Source: Sphingomonadales bacterium (lineage in GTDB: Bacteria > Pseudomonadota > Alphaproteobacteria > Sphingomonadales > Sphingomonadaceae). From it: a stretch of 32,000 bases of DNA. The stretch spans positions 253,678-285,677 of the forward strand of contig JBBROI010000001.1 of assembly GCA_038229555.1 (NCBI GenBank), in the 5' to 3' direction. Of the stretch, positions 7,508-15,994 are shown piece by piece (within the stretch, counting starts at the first letter, position 1; every line of letters begins with the position of its first letter). The position numbers and the translations under genes are program-made. The notes beneath the pieces are model-generated. The model saw only the letters and a list, made by a program, of their open reading frames with translations. It had not been told where the DNA came from and searched no databases.

Positions 7508-9451
7508 GTGCGCAGCGAAACCCTTTCTCCCGTCGCAGCGTTCGCCGATACCCGTCTCGACGCCGCCATCGGCAAGGCGATGCAAGCGCTTCTCGCCGCG
7601 CAGCAGCCCGACGGGCATTGGGTATTCGAGCTCGAGGCCGATGCAACGATCCCGGCGGAATATATCCTGCTGGTGCATTATCTCGGCGAAGCGGCGGACG
7701 CCGAACTCGAACGCAAGATCGGCGTCTATCTGCGGCGCATCCAAGGCGCACATGGCGGCTGGCCGCTGTTCCACGGCGGGCCGCTCGACATCAGCGCGAC
7801 GGTGAAGGCGTACTTCGCGCTCAAGATGATCGGCGACGGCATCGATGCGCCGCATATGGCGCGCGCCCGCGCCGAGATCCTGTCGCGCGGTGGTGCGGCG
7901 GCGGCGAATGTGTTCACCCGCATCCAACTGGCGCTGTTCGGCGAACTGTCGTGGGATGCGATCCCGACGATGCCGGTCGAACTGATACTGCTGCCGCGCT
8001 GGTTCCCGATCCATCTCAGCCGCATGTCGTACTGGGCGCGGACGGTCATCGTGCCGCTATTGGTGCTGCAGGTGAAGCGGCCCGTTGCCGCCAATCCGCG
8101 CGGTATCGGCGTTGCCGAACTATTCGGGCCGCCGCTGCGCGTGGGGGCGGCTGGCCATCAGAAGCGGCTGTGGGTGGCGGGGTTCGGCGCGCTGGATTGG
8201 GTGCTGAAACGCATCGAGCCGTTCTGGCCCAAGCGCCTGCGCGCCCGCGCCATCCAAACGTGCGTCGATTTTACCACTGCGCGGTTGAACGGTGAGGACG
8301 GCCTTGGCGCGATCTACCCGGCGATGGCCAACAGCGTCATGATGTACGCAGCACTCGGCTACGCTGCCGATGACGCAGTGCGCGCGACGGCGCGGCGCTC
8401 GGTTGAAAAGCTGCTCGTCGTCAAAGAACACGAGGCGTATTGCCAGCCGTGCGTGTCGCCGGTGTGGGATACTGCGCTCGCCGCGCATGCGCTGCTCGAA
8501 GCCGGAACGCCGGCGGCGGAAACGGCGGCGCTCGACGGGCTCGATTGGCTGCTGCCGTTGCAGGAACTCGAGGTCAAAGGCGACTGGGCGGATCGCAAGC
8601 CCGATGTGCGGCCCGGCGGCTGGGCGTTCCAGTATCGCAATGCGCACTACCCCGATCTCGACGATACCGCCGTGGTGGTGATGGCGCTCGACCGCGCGGC
8701 GCGCGGCGACCGCGATGTGCAGGCTATCGCGCGCGGGGTCGAATGGACCGTCGGATTGCAAAGCCGCAACGGCGGCTGGGGAGCGTTCGACGCCGATAAC
8801 AGCGACCATTATCTCAACAATATCCCGTTTGCCGACCATGGCGCGCTGCTCGATCCGCCGACGGTCGATGTGTCGGCGCGGGTCATTTCGATGTTGGCGC
8901 AGCGGGGGGAGGCGGCCGGGTCGGCCCGGATGGCGGCGGCGGTCGGCTATGTCCTCGGCGACCAACTGCCCGATGGCAGCTGGTTCGGGCGCTGGGGGGT
9001 CAATTATATCTACGGCACCTGGTCGGCGCTGTGCGCGCTCAATGCGGCAGGGGTCGACCCGGCGGCCGAGCCGGTGCGGCGCGCGGTCGGCTGGCTGACG
9101 GCGATCCAGAACCCCGACGGCGGCTGGGGCGAGGATTGCGACAGCTATGCGCTCGATTACGCCGGCCACCGCCCGGCGGCATCGCGCCCGTCGCAGACCG
9201 CGTGGGCACTGCTTGGGCTGATGGCGGCAGGCGAAGCTGCATCCGATGTGGTGGCGCGGGGCATTGCGTGGCTGCAGGCGGCGCAGGACGATGGCGGCGA
9301 CTGGGCCGAGGAGGATTACACCGGCGGCGGTTTCCCGCGGGTCTTCTACCTGCGCTACCACGGCTACCGCCGCTATTTCCCGCTATGGGCGCTGGCGCGC
9401 TATCGCAACTTGCAGGCGAGCAATACGGGAAAAGTCGCATGGGGGATGTGA
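7508..9451 (+). CDS. shc: Squalene-hopene cyclase
   Basis: GTG start. Catalytic DxDD motif in YPDLDDTAVV. Repeated QW motifs: QSRNGGWGAF, QLPDGSWFGRWG, QNPDGGWGE and QDDGGDWAEE. Length is 647 aa. Confidence 0.96.
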   Translation: MRSETLSPVAAFADTRLDAAIGKAMQALLAAQQPDGHWVFELEADATIPAEYILLVHYLGEAADAELERKIGVYLRRIQGAHGGWPLFHGGPLDISATVKAYFALKMIGDGIDAPHMARARAEILSRGGAAAANVFTRIQLALFGELSWDAIPTMPVELILLPRWFPIHLSRMSYWARTVIVPLLVLQVKRPVAANPRGIGVAELFGPPLRVGAAGHQKRLWVAGFGALDWVLKRIEPFWPKRLRARAIQTCVDFTTARLNGEDGLGAIYPAMANSVMMYAALGYAADDAVRATARRSVEKLLVVKEHEAYCQPCVSPVWDTALAAHALLEAGTPAAETAALDGLDWLLPLQELEVKGDWADRKPDVRPGGWAFQYRNAHYPDLDDTAVVVMALDRAARGDRDVQAIARGVEWTVGLQSRNGGWGAFDADNSDHYLNNIPFADHGALLDPPTVDVSARVISMLAQRGEAAGSARMAAAVGYVLGDQLPDGSWFGRWGVNYIYGTWSALCALNAAGVDPAAEPVRRAVGWLTAIQNPDGGWGEDCDSYALDYAGHRPAASRPSQTAWALLGLMAAGEAASDVVARGIAWLQAAQDDGGDWAEEDYTGGGFPRVFYLRYHGYRRYFPLWALARYRNLQASNTGKVAWGM

Positions 9452-9515
9452 GCCTCCACTTCCGCCTGCGGGAAGGGCCGGAGTGCGACATGCCACGCTT
9501 CGCTCCTATCCCACC

Positions 9516-9597
9516 TGTCATCCCGGCGAAGGCCGGGATCCAGTTTCTGGACGCCCATCCCAAAGCAAACTGGCTCCCGGCCTGCGCCGGGATGACA
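9516..9597. repeat. Nested-palindrome intergenic repeat, copy 2 (30-nt arms, 2 mismatches)
   Basis: TGTCATCCCGGCGAAGGCCGGGATCCAGTT at 9516-9545 pairs with AACTGGCTCCCGGCCTGCGCCGGGATGACA at 9568-9597. Sub-hairpins are TCCCGGC-GAAG-GCCGGGA and TCCCGGC-CTGC-GCCGGGA. It generates the spurious peptide VIPAKAGIQ in track ORF 9031..9612. Confidence 0.85.
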
Positions 9598-9622
9598 GCA
9601 AAGTGCCGATGAAAGCCCCCCA

Positions 9623-10300
9623 ATGACCGCCCATGTCGTCGTCGCCACCGGCTTCAACCGCGAAGTCGCCACCATCCGCCAATCGGGCGTCATCGTCATT
9701 GCCGGCGGCGGCGATCCCATCGGCTTGCGCGCCCGGATCGAAGCCGCCGCCGAGGGCGCTGCGGGCATCATGAGCTATGGCATGTGCGGCGCGCTCGCCG
9801 ATGGTCTGGTCATCGGCGACTGGGTGGTCGGCGACCGGCTGTCGGGGGCGGTCGATCTCGATTGCGATGCCGATTGGCGGGCGGCGTTACTGGCGAGGCT
9901 GCCGGCGGCGCGCGCAGGTGGCGTCTTCGCTGATGGCCGGATGATCGATACCGTCGCCGAAAAGCTGGCGCTCGGGCAACGCCACGCCGCGCTGGCAGTC
10001 GATATGGAAAGCCATGTCGCCGCTGCCGTTGCCGCCGAACGCGGCCTGCCGTTCGCCATCCTGCGCTGCGTTTCGGACGGCGCACGCCACCTGCTGCCCC
10101 ACGCCATCACCGTTTCGATGCGGGCAGACGGCGGGGTCAACGCCGGGGCGATGCTACGCTCGCTGGCGACGCGCCCGGGGCAAATCGCCGATGTGGCGCG
10201 AACGGGCGCAGGGTTCGCGCGGGCGATGCGGGAATTGGCGCGTGGGGCCGCGATGGTGGGCGAGGGGATGGCACTATCCTCCCCTGAAAAGGAAGACTAA
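9623..10300 (+). CDS. hpnG: Hopanoid-associated phosphorylase/nucleosidase HpnG
   Basis: PNP/MTAN-like fold signature AVDMESHVAA. 225 aa. Lies between shc and hpnH as in known hpn clusters. Confidence 0.88.
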   Translation: MTAHVVVATGFNREVATIRQSGVIVIAGGGDPIGLRARIEAAAEGAAGIMSYGMCGALADGLVIGDWVVGDRLSGAVDLDCDADWRAALLARLPAARAGGVFADGRMIDTVAEKLALGQRHAALAVDMESHVAAAVAAERGLPFAILRCVSDGARHLLPHAITVSMRADGGVNAGAMLRSLATRPGQIADVARTGAGFARAMRELARGAAMVGEGMALSSPEKED

Positions 10301-11442
10301 GCCGCCCGCTGCACCCGCTTCCACCCTTCCGGATCGGCGTTCTTGATCCGCTCGAGTTCCTTCTCGACATGGTCGGAGAATGTGTCCTTGGCGGGCCGCG
10401 CGTTCGACAGGTCGATATCCACTGCCATCGGGCCTTCGGTGCGGACCCCGTTGCGGCCGATGCTGAACATCTTCAGCGGGTGGCGGATGGCATCGGTCGC
10501 CGCCGTGCCTTCGAAGCCGCAATGGACCATGCAGTTCGAACATTTGGCATATTTGCCAACGCCGTACTGGTCCCAATCGGTGCCTTCCATCAGTTCGGCG
10601 AAGCTCTGCACATAGCCTTCGCCGACGAGGTAGCACGGCTTTTGCCAGCCAAAGACGGTGCGTAGCGGCATCGACCATGGCGTGCATTCATAGGTCTGGT
10701 TGCCCGCAAGGAAATCGAGGAACAGCGGCGAATTGGTGAACGCCCAGTCCTTGCCACCATTGCCGCGGCGGAACACGTCGCGAAAGAAGGTCTTGGTGCG
10801 TTCGCGGTTGAGGAAGTGCTCCTGATCGGCGGCACGCTCATACGCGTACCCCGGTGACAGAGTGATTTCGACGTCGCGTTTCTTCATTTCGTCGAAGAAA
10901 CCCGCCAGCCGCTCGGCCGACGCGCCGTCGAACACGGTGCAATTGATCTGAACGCGGAAGCCCTTGGACTTGGCGAGTTCGATCGCTTCAATGGCGACTT
11001 CGTAGGTTCCATCCTGATCGACGGCATGGTCGTGCATACCCTTGTCGCCGTCGAGGTGGATCGACCAAGTGAAGTAGGGCGACGGCGCGTAATCGTCGAT
11101 CTTTTTCTTCAATAACAGCGCGTTGGTGCACAGGATGACGAACTTCTTCTTGGCGATATAGCCCTTGACGATCTTCGGCATATCACGATGCAGCAATGGC
11201 TCGCCGCCGGCGATCGACACAGCAGGCGCACCGCATTCGTCGATGGCGTCCATACACTGGTTATAGCTCAGCCGCTGGTTGAGGATGGCATCGGGATAAT
11301 CGATCTTGCCGCAGCCGGGGCAGGCAAGATTGCACCGCAGCAGCGGCTCGAGCATCAGCACGAGCGGATATTTGCCGCCCTTGATGTGCTGGGCGACGGT
11401 GTAGGTGCCGATCCGCAACAGCGGGGCGAGGGGCAGCGTCAT
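10297..11442 (-). CDS. hpnH: Adenosyl-hopene transferase HpnH (radical SAM)
   Basis: Radical SAM cluster motif CNLACPGC near the N-terminus. 381 aa. Highly conserved-looking sequence MLEPLLRCNLACPGCGKIDYP. Confidence 0.94.
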   Translation of the reverse strand: MTLPLAPLLRIGTYTVAQHIKGGKYPLVLMLEPLLRCNLACPGCGKIDYPDAILNQRLSYNQCMDAIDECGAPAVSIAGGEPLLHRDMPKIVKGYIAKKKFVILCTNALLLKKKIDDYAPSPYFTWSIHLDGDKGMHDHAVDQDGTYEVAIEAIELAKSKGFRVQINCTVFDGASAERLAGFFDEMKKRDVEITLSPGYAYERAADQEHFLNRERTKTFFRDVFRRGNGGKDWAFTNSPLFLDFLAGNQTYECTPWSMPLRTVFGWQKPCYLVGEGYVQSFAELMEGTDWDQYGVGKYAKCSNCMVHCGFEGTAATDAIRHPLKMFSIGRNGVRTEGPMAVDIDLSNARPAKDTFSDHVEKELERIKNADPEGWKRVQRAA

Positions 11443-11553
11443 CGATCGATCCTTGTTCGGGTGCCGAGGTGTTTGGCGGTTTGCAACCGGACGTTCATTG
11501 CATCCATGTGGAGGATTTGCTCCAGAAGCAAGCGCTTCGGTGCCGCAAGTGTC

Positions 11554-12540
11554 TCAGCCATTGCGGACCATAGCCCGGCCTTCGCCGATCTGCCATGCGA
11601 TGATGATCGGGATGCCGATAGCGAGGTCACGCGCGCGCTTGAGCAATGACAGCGCCAGCGCCGCCTCGGGCGGCAGGCCGAACAACGGCCCGATCAGCAC
11701 ATACGCCCCCTCTTGCAGCCCGATGGCGCCGGGGATGAGGAAGGCGGCGGTGCGCAGTGTGAAGATCAACCCTTCGATGACGATCACCGATCCGACGGGC
11801 AGGTCGACGTCGATCAGCGTCAGCGCGATCCACGCTCCCGCGCCGCTGCCGACCCAGGTGACGATATGGAGCAGGAACGAGGTGATCAGTGCGCGGCGGC
11901 GGCGATAGATGGCGTCGAGCGTGTCGCGCACCTCGGTCAGCGCCGCGACCGACCCCGGTAGAATTGCGCTGCCGATGCGCGCGCCGAACAGCAGCAGCGG
12001 ACGCTGGCCGATGGTGAAGGCGACCATGACGGCAATGCTGACGCCAAGCCCGGCGGCGGCGAGGGTCAGCAAATTCTGACTGGTGGGGGTGTGCGACAGC
12101 AGCAGCGCCAGCGCGACGACGCTGCCGACGGTATAGACGAGTTGCGCGGCGAGCTCGGTCGTCTGGTCGGCGATCAATGAGGCGTACACCGTCGTCGATG
12201 CCACCCCGCGCGACGCCACGGCACGGGCTCCGACGACAATCCCGCCGAGTTGCGAAAAGGGCAGCACATCGGTCGCCGCCTCGCGCGCCATGCGGCCCCA
12301 GATAAAGGCGCTTAGGTTGCCCGGGGCGAGTACCGACCACGCAAGACCAAGGATGCTGAGGATGACGAGCGTTACCGCGCAATAGGCGATGAAACCCGGC
12401 ACGCCGATCCGCCGCACCGCACCGAGCACATCGCCCGCGCCGACGCTGGCGATCAGCGCAAGGGTGACGGCAAGTCCGGCAACGGTAACGAGGATTGCGG
12501 CGAGGCGCAGGCGGTCGATCTTGCGGGGTTGGTCGGCCAT
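11554..12540 (-). CDS. hpnL: Hopanoid-associated polytopic membrane protein HpnL (lysyl-PG-synthase TM-region/UPF0104-like family)
   Basis: 328 aa, about 8 hydrophobic helices, basic N-terminus MADQPRKIDRLR. The assignment rests on topology, cluster context and my recollection of the family. Confidence 0.75.
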   Translation of the reverse strand: MADQPRKIDRLRLAAILVTVAGLAVTLALIASVGAGDVLGAVRRIGVPGFIAYCAVTLVILSILGLAWSVLAPGNLSAFIWGRMAREAATDVLPFSQLGGIVVGARAVASRGVASTTVYASLIADQTTELAAQLVYTVGSVVALALLLSHTPTSQNLLTLAAAGLGVSIAVMVAFTIGQRPLLLFGARIGSAILPGSVAALTEVRDTLDAIYRRRRALITSFLLHIVTWVGSGAGAWIALTLIDVDLPVGSVIVIEGLIFTLRTAAFLIPGAIGLQEGAYVLIGPLFGLPPEAALALSLLKRARDLAIGIPIIIAWQIGEGRAMVRNG

Positions 12541-12571
12541 ATCTGTTTACCTTCGTCCAACACCAACCTTA

Positions 12572-12643
12572 GTCACCCCCGGGACGGCGGGGGGCCACCA
12601 CCTGGACGCTGAGGAGATGGACCCCCGCCTTCGCGGGGGTGAC
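12572..12643. repeat. Nested-palindrome intergenic repeat, copy 3 (degenerate, 26-nt arms with about 4 mismatches)
   Basis: The terminal GTCACCCCCG at 12572-12581 is the exact reverse complement of 12634-12643. Sub-hairpins are CCCCCG-GGACGG-CGGGGG and CCCCCGC-CTTC-GCGGGGG. It shares the GTCAYCCCGG terminus with copies 1 and 2. Confidence 0.65.
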
Positions 12644-12686
12644 GCATGTGGCTTTGGCGCGACACTAAACCGTGCAAGCGGCTGGC

Positions 12687-14108
12687 TTACGCTGCCTTCT
12701 TGCGGTCGCGCAGGAAGTTGAAGAATTCGACTCCCTCGCGCAGGCGGCGCTTCATCATGTCGCCGTCGCGAACCATTTCGCCGACAATCGCGCCGATCTT
12801 GCGCGGGCGGAAATAGAATTTCTTGTAGAACATTTCGACCGCGTCGAAAATCTCGCGCGCCGGCAGGTGTTCATAGCTCAGCTGCGCGATCTGGTTGCCG
12901 TCGTCGTTCAACAGGTCGCGGCTGGTATCGAACCAGCCATTGTCGCTCGCCTGCTTGTGCAGGAAAGTGCCCGGGTACGGCGCGGCGAGCGAGACCTGGA
13001 TAGTGTGCGGATCGACTTCCTTGGCAAACGCCAGCGATTCCAGAATCGTCTCGCGCGTCTCGCCGGGCAGGCCGAGGATGAAAGTGCCGTGGACGGCGAT
13101 GCCGAGTTCCTTGCAATCCTTGGCGAACTGGCGCGCGACTTCGGTACGCAGGCCCTTTTTGATATTGATCAGGATCTGCTGATTGCCGCTTTCGAAACCG
13201 ACGAGCAGCAGCCGCAGTCCGCCTTCCTTCATCGCCTTCAAGGTCTTGTACGGCACGTTGGCCTTGGCGTTGCACGACCAGACGACGCCGAGCTTGCCGA
13301 GTTCGGCAGCAAGCGCTTCGACACGCGGGGCGTTGTCGGTCAGCGTATCGTCGTCGAAGAAAATCTCCTTCGATTGCGGGAAGTTCTTGAGGACGTATTT
13401 CACCTCCTCGATGACATGGCCGATCGAGCGGACCCGGTAATTATGCCCGCCGACGGTCTGCGGCCACAGGCAGAAAGTGCACCGCGATTTGCAGCCGCGC
13501 CCGGTGTAGAAACTGATGTACGGGTGCTTGAGATAGCCGCCGAAATAATTCTCCATGACCAGATCGCGCTTGTAGATCGGCGTGACGAACGGCAGTTGGT
13601 CCATGTCGGTCAACACGGTGCGATCAGCGTTGTGGACGATGACGCCGCTGTTGTTGCGATAGCTGATGCCATCGATCTTGGCCCAGTCATGGCCGTCGGC
13701 GATGTCCTTGATAGTGAAATCGAATTCGTTGCGCGCGACGAAATCGATCGCCTCACTGGCCTTCAGGCTACCATCGGCATCGACGGCGACCTTCGCCCCG
13801 ATCATACCGATCTTCAGCGCCGGATTGAGCGCCTTGAGCATTTCGGCCGTGCGGATGTCCTGATTGAACGACGGCGTCGAGGTGTGCAGGACGACGAGGT
13901 CGCGTTGCTTTGCCTCAGGCGCAATATCCTCGAACGACAGATTGTGCGCCGGCGCATCGATCAGCTTCGAGCCTTCGACGAGCGCGGCGGGTTGTGCCAG
14001 CCATGTCGGATACCAGAAGGATTTGACCTCGCGCTTCATCTGGTAGCGCGCACCGGCGCCGCCGTCATAGCCATCGAAGGAGGGGGCCTGCAGAAAGAGC
14101 GAACGCAT
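12687..14108 (-). CDS. hpnJ: Hopanoid biosynthesis radical SAM protein HpnJ (B12-binding-domain class)
   Basis: Radical SAM motif CKSRCTFC. The N-terminal half resembles a cobalamin-binding domain. 473 aa. Starts 7 nt downstream of hpnI. Confidence 0.92.
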   Translation of the reverse strand: MRSLFLQAPSFDGYDGGAGARYQMKREVKSFWYPTWLAQPAALVEGSKLIDAPAHNLSFEDIAPEAKQRDLVVLHTSTPSFNQDIRTAEMLKALNPALKIGMIGAKVAVDADGSLKASEAIDFVARNEFDFTIKDIADGHDWAKIDGISYRNNSGVIVHNADRTVLTDMDQLPFVTPIYKRDLVMENYFGGYLKHPYISFYTGRGCKSRCTFCLWPQTVGGHNYRVRSIGHVIEEVKYVLKNFPQSKEIFFDDDTLTDNAPRVEALAAELGKLGVVWSCNAKANVPYKTLKAMKEGGLRLLLVGFESGNQQILINIKKGLRTEVARQFAKDCKELGIAVHGTFILGLPGETRETILESLAFAKEVDPHTIQVSLAAPYPGTFLHKQASDNGWFDTSRDLLNDDGNQIAQLSYEHLPAREIFDAVEMFYKKFYFRPRKIGAIVGEMVRDGDMMKRRLREGVEFFNFLRDRKKAA

Positions 14109-14115
14109 GGGGAAA

Positions 14116-15264
14116 TCAGGTCCTTTGAGTGGCCGAAATCCGGCCGGTACGCGATACTCTATAGCGGCTGCCGCGCCACGTCACATCCCTGACGAAGGGT
14201 GTCGCAAGATAGATCGCGGCGGAGAGCAGGTCGCGTAACGGCAGCAGGAACAGGGAGCCGCTGTGCGTTTCTGTCACGGCATCGACCCGCAACGCGAGGA
14301 TCAGCCTGGACGCGAGGGCGATATTGACAATGGCAAGGCCCGCCATGCCGAAGCCGCCGAGCGCAGCGCCAGCGACGGCGAGCGCTAGGCAATGGGTGAC
14401 TCCACTGCCGATGAACCCCAGCGAGTCGATGCCAAAGATGGTCCGTGTCCAGCGCAATTCGTGACGGACGAGCGCTGCGAACCCTGTCTCGTCGCCGCTA
14501 TGGACGATGGTGAAGCGCGGGATGACGGTGGCGAGGCCAAGGCCACGCACGGCTTCACCAAGGGCATAATCGTCGGCAAGGACGTCAGCCAGAATGGCAA
14601 AGCCGCCAACCGCGTCGAGCGTCTGGCGAGTGAACGCCATCGTCGGACCAAGCGTCGGGCAGGCAAGGCCGGTGGCACAACCGATAACGACGCTCGGCAT
14701 GAAGCGGTAGCTGATGTCCATCGCGCCGAGCACCGACCAGAAGCCGGCGTCGCCGCGCCCCGAATGGAGGCACGAGGCGAGGCCGACACCGGGTTCGGCG
14801 AGCGCCGCCGCTAGTCGTTCAAGCGTGTCGGGACCCCAGGCAACATCGCTGTCGGCAAGCACCAGCATCGGGTGTTTGGCATGCGCCACCATGTTGATGA
14901 CATTGGACACTTTGGCGCTCGCCCCGTGGCGGGTCGCATCGACGATCAGGCTTATGTCGGCACTTGGGTAGGTGGACTGCAGCAGCGCCACCGTGGCGAC
15001 GGCGGCGTCATCGCCGCGCGCGACGCCGAAGACGATCTGCACCGGGGCAGCATAACGCTGCGCGAACAGCGTTTCGAGATTGGCGCGCAGCCGCGGTTCG
15101 ACGCCGTGCAGCGGCTTTAGAATGGATACCGCCATCGGCGGTGCACTGCTAACCGCGCGGGGGCGATAGCCGCCCATCAGCCATGCAGCCGCCAGCGTAT
15201 AGACGCAGCCGAGCAGTGCCAGCGCCAGCAACAGCTGCGCCAATCCCTCGGTAAGTGCCGCCAT
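14116..15264 (-). CDS. hpnI: Hopanoid biosynthesis glycosyltransferase HpnI (GT2, ceramide-glucosyltransferase-like)
   Basis: N-terminal TM helix, SILKPLHG and VLADSDV (DxD) motifs, C-terminal TM helices. Lies adjacent to hpnJ. Confidence 0.9.
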   Translation of the reverse strand: MAALTEGLAQLLLALALLGCVYTLAAAWLMGGYRPRAVSSAPPMAVSILKPLHGVEPRLRANLETLFAQRYAAPVQIVFGVARGDDAAVATVALLQSTYPSADISLIVDATRHGASAKVSNVINMVAHAKHPMLVLADSDVAWGPDTLERLAAALAEPGVGLASCLHSGRGDAGFWSVLGAMDISYRFMPSVVIGCATGLACPTLGPTMAFTRQTLDAVGGFAILADVLADDYALGEAVRGLGLATVIPRFTIVHSGDETGFAALVRHELRWTRTIFGIDSLGFIGSGVTHCLALAVAGAALGGFGMAGLAIVNIALASRLILALRVDAVTETHSGSLFLLPLRDLLSAAIYLATPFVRDVTWRGSRYRVSRTGRISATQRT

Positions 15265-15341
15265 CCCCTCTCGAACTTTCTGTTCAGCCCCGGTATCACC
15301 CTAGCGCAGTATCCGCCGCATTGTCTCCAGGAGTTACATCG

Positions 15342-15929
15342 ATGCGATTTTCGTCCGCCTTTGCGACGATTATGTTGGTGGCGGCGGTGCCTTCGGCCGC
15401 GGCGACCGAACCGGCCGCGCGGATGGCGGCGTATAACGACGGTGTCGTTGCCATCATGAAGGCCAAGCTTGGTGACAAGGCACGGGTCGATCGGTTCGAA
15501 GTCCTGGTGCGCGACAGCTATGACATGGCGGGCATTGCGGCGCTCGTCGTCGGCACGAAATGGCCGGCGGCGACCCCGACGGAAAAACAGACGGCGATTG
15601 CCGCGCTGACCCGCCATTCGGCGGTGTCGCTGGCGCATAATTTCGTGCGCTATGGTGGCGAGCGTTTTGTCGTCGATCCGGCAGTGGTGGCGCGCGGCAC
15701 CAGCAGCGTCGTCAAGGTGACGATCTTTTCGACCGGTCGCAGCGATGTGTTGCAATACCGGATGCGGCAGGCCGATGGCGAATGGCGGGTGCTCGACGTT
15801 GTTGCGCAGGGTGTGAGCCAGCTTGCCGTGCAACGCGCCGATCTCGCCGCCACGCTGGCGAGCGCCGGCATCGCCGGACTGGCGCGCAAATTGGGTGAGA
15901 TCGACGCGAAGCTGCTGGCGACTCCATAG
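15342..15929 (+). CDS. hpnM: MlaC/Ttg2D-like periplasmic lipid-binding protein HpnM
   Basis: Internal ATG of track ORF 15255..15929, with AGGAG at 15329-15333. Signal peptide MRFSSAFATIMLVAAVPSAAA. Size of 195 aa and divergent position next to hpnI. Confidence 0.82.
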   Translation: MRFSSAFATIMLVAAVPSAAATEPAARMAAYNDGVVAIMKAKLGDKARVDRFEVLVRDSYDMAGIAALVVGTKWPAATPTEKQTAIAALTRHSAVSLAHNFVRYGGERFVVDPAVVARGTSSVVKVTIFSTGRSDVLQYRMRQADGEWRVLDVVAQGVSQLAVQRADLAATLASAGIAGLARKLGEIDAKLLATP

Positions 15930-15994
15930 GGTTTTCCGGGCGTGGCGCGGGGTATCGTGACAAACCGCTGCCCGCGCCCTATCCCGCCTGCACC

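Noticed and set aside
9031-9623. ORFs 9031..9612 +, 9039..9623 -, 9246..9626 + and 9400..9771 - spanning the shc/hpnG gap.
   Set aside because: Their only distinctive segments (VIPAKAGIQ, PACAGMT, PAFAGMT) are translations of the palindromic repeat, and the remainder overlaps shc out of frame.
15265-15341. EcfG-type general-stress promoter (GGAAC-N16/17-CGTT) or an operator in the hpnI/hpnM divergent region. GAAC-TTTCT-GTTC lies at 15273-15285.
   Set aside because: No correctly spaced CGTT occurs on either strand. A 4+4 palindrome is expected by chance too often to be meaningful.
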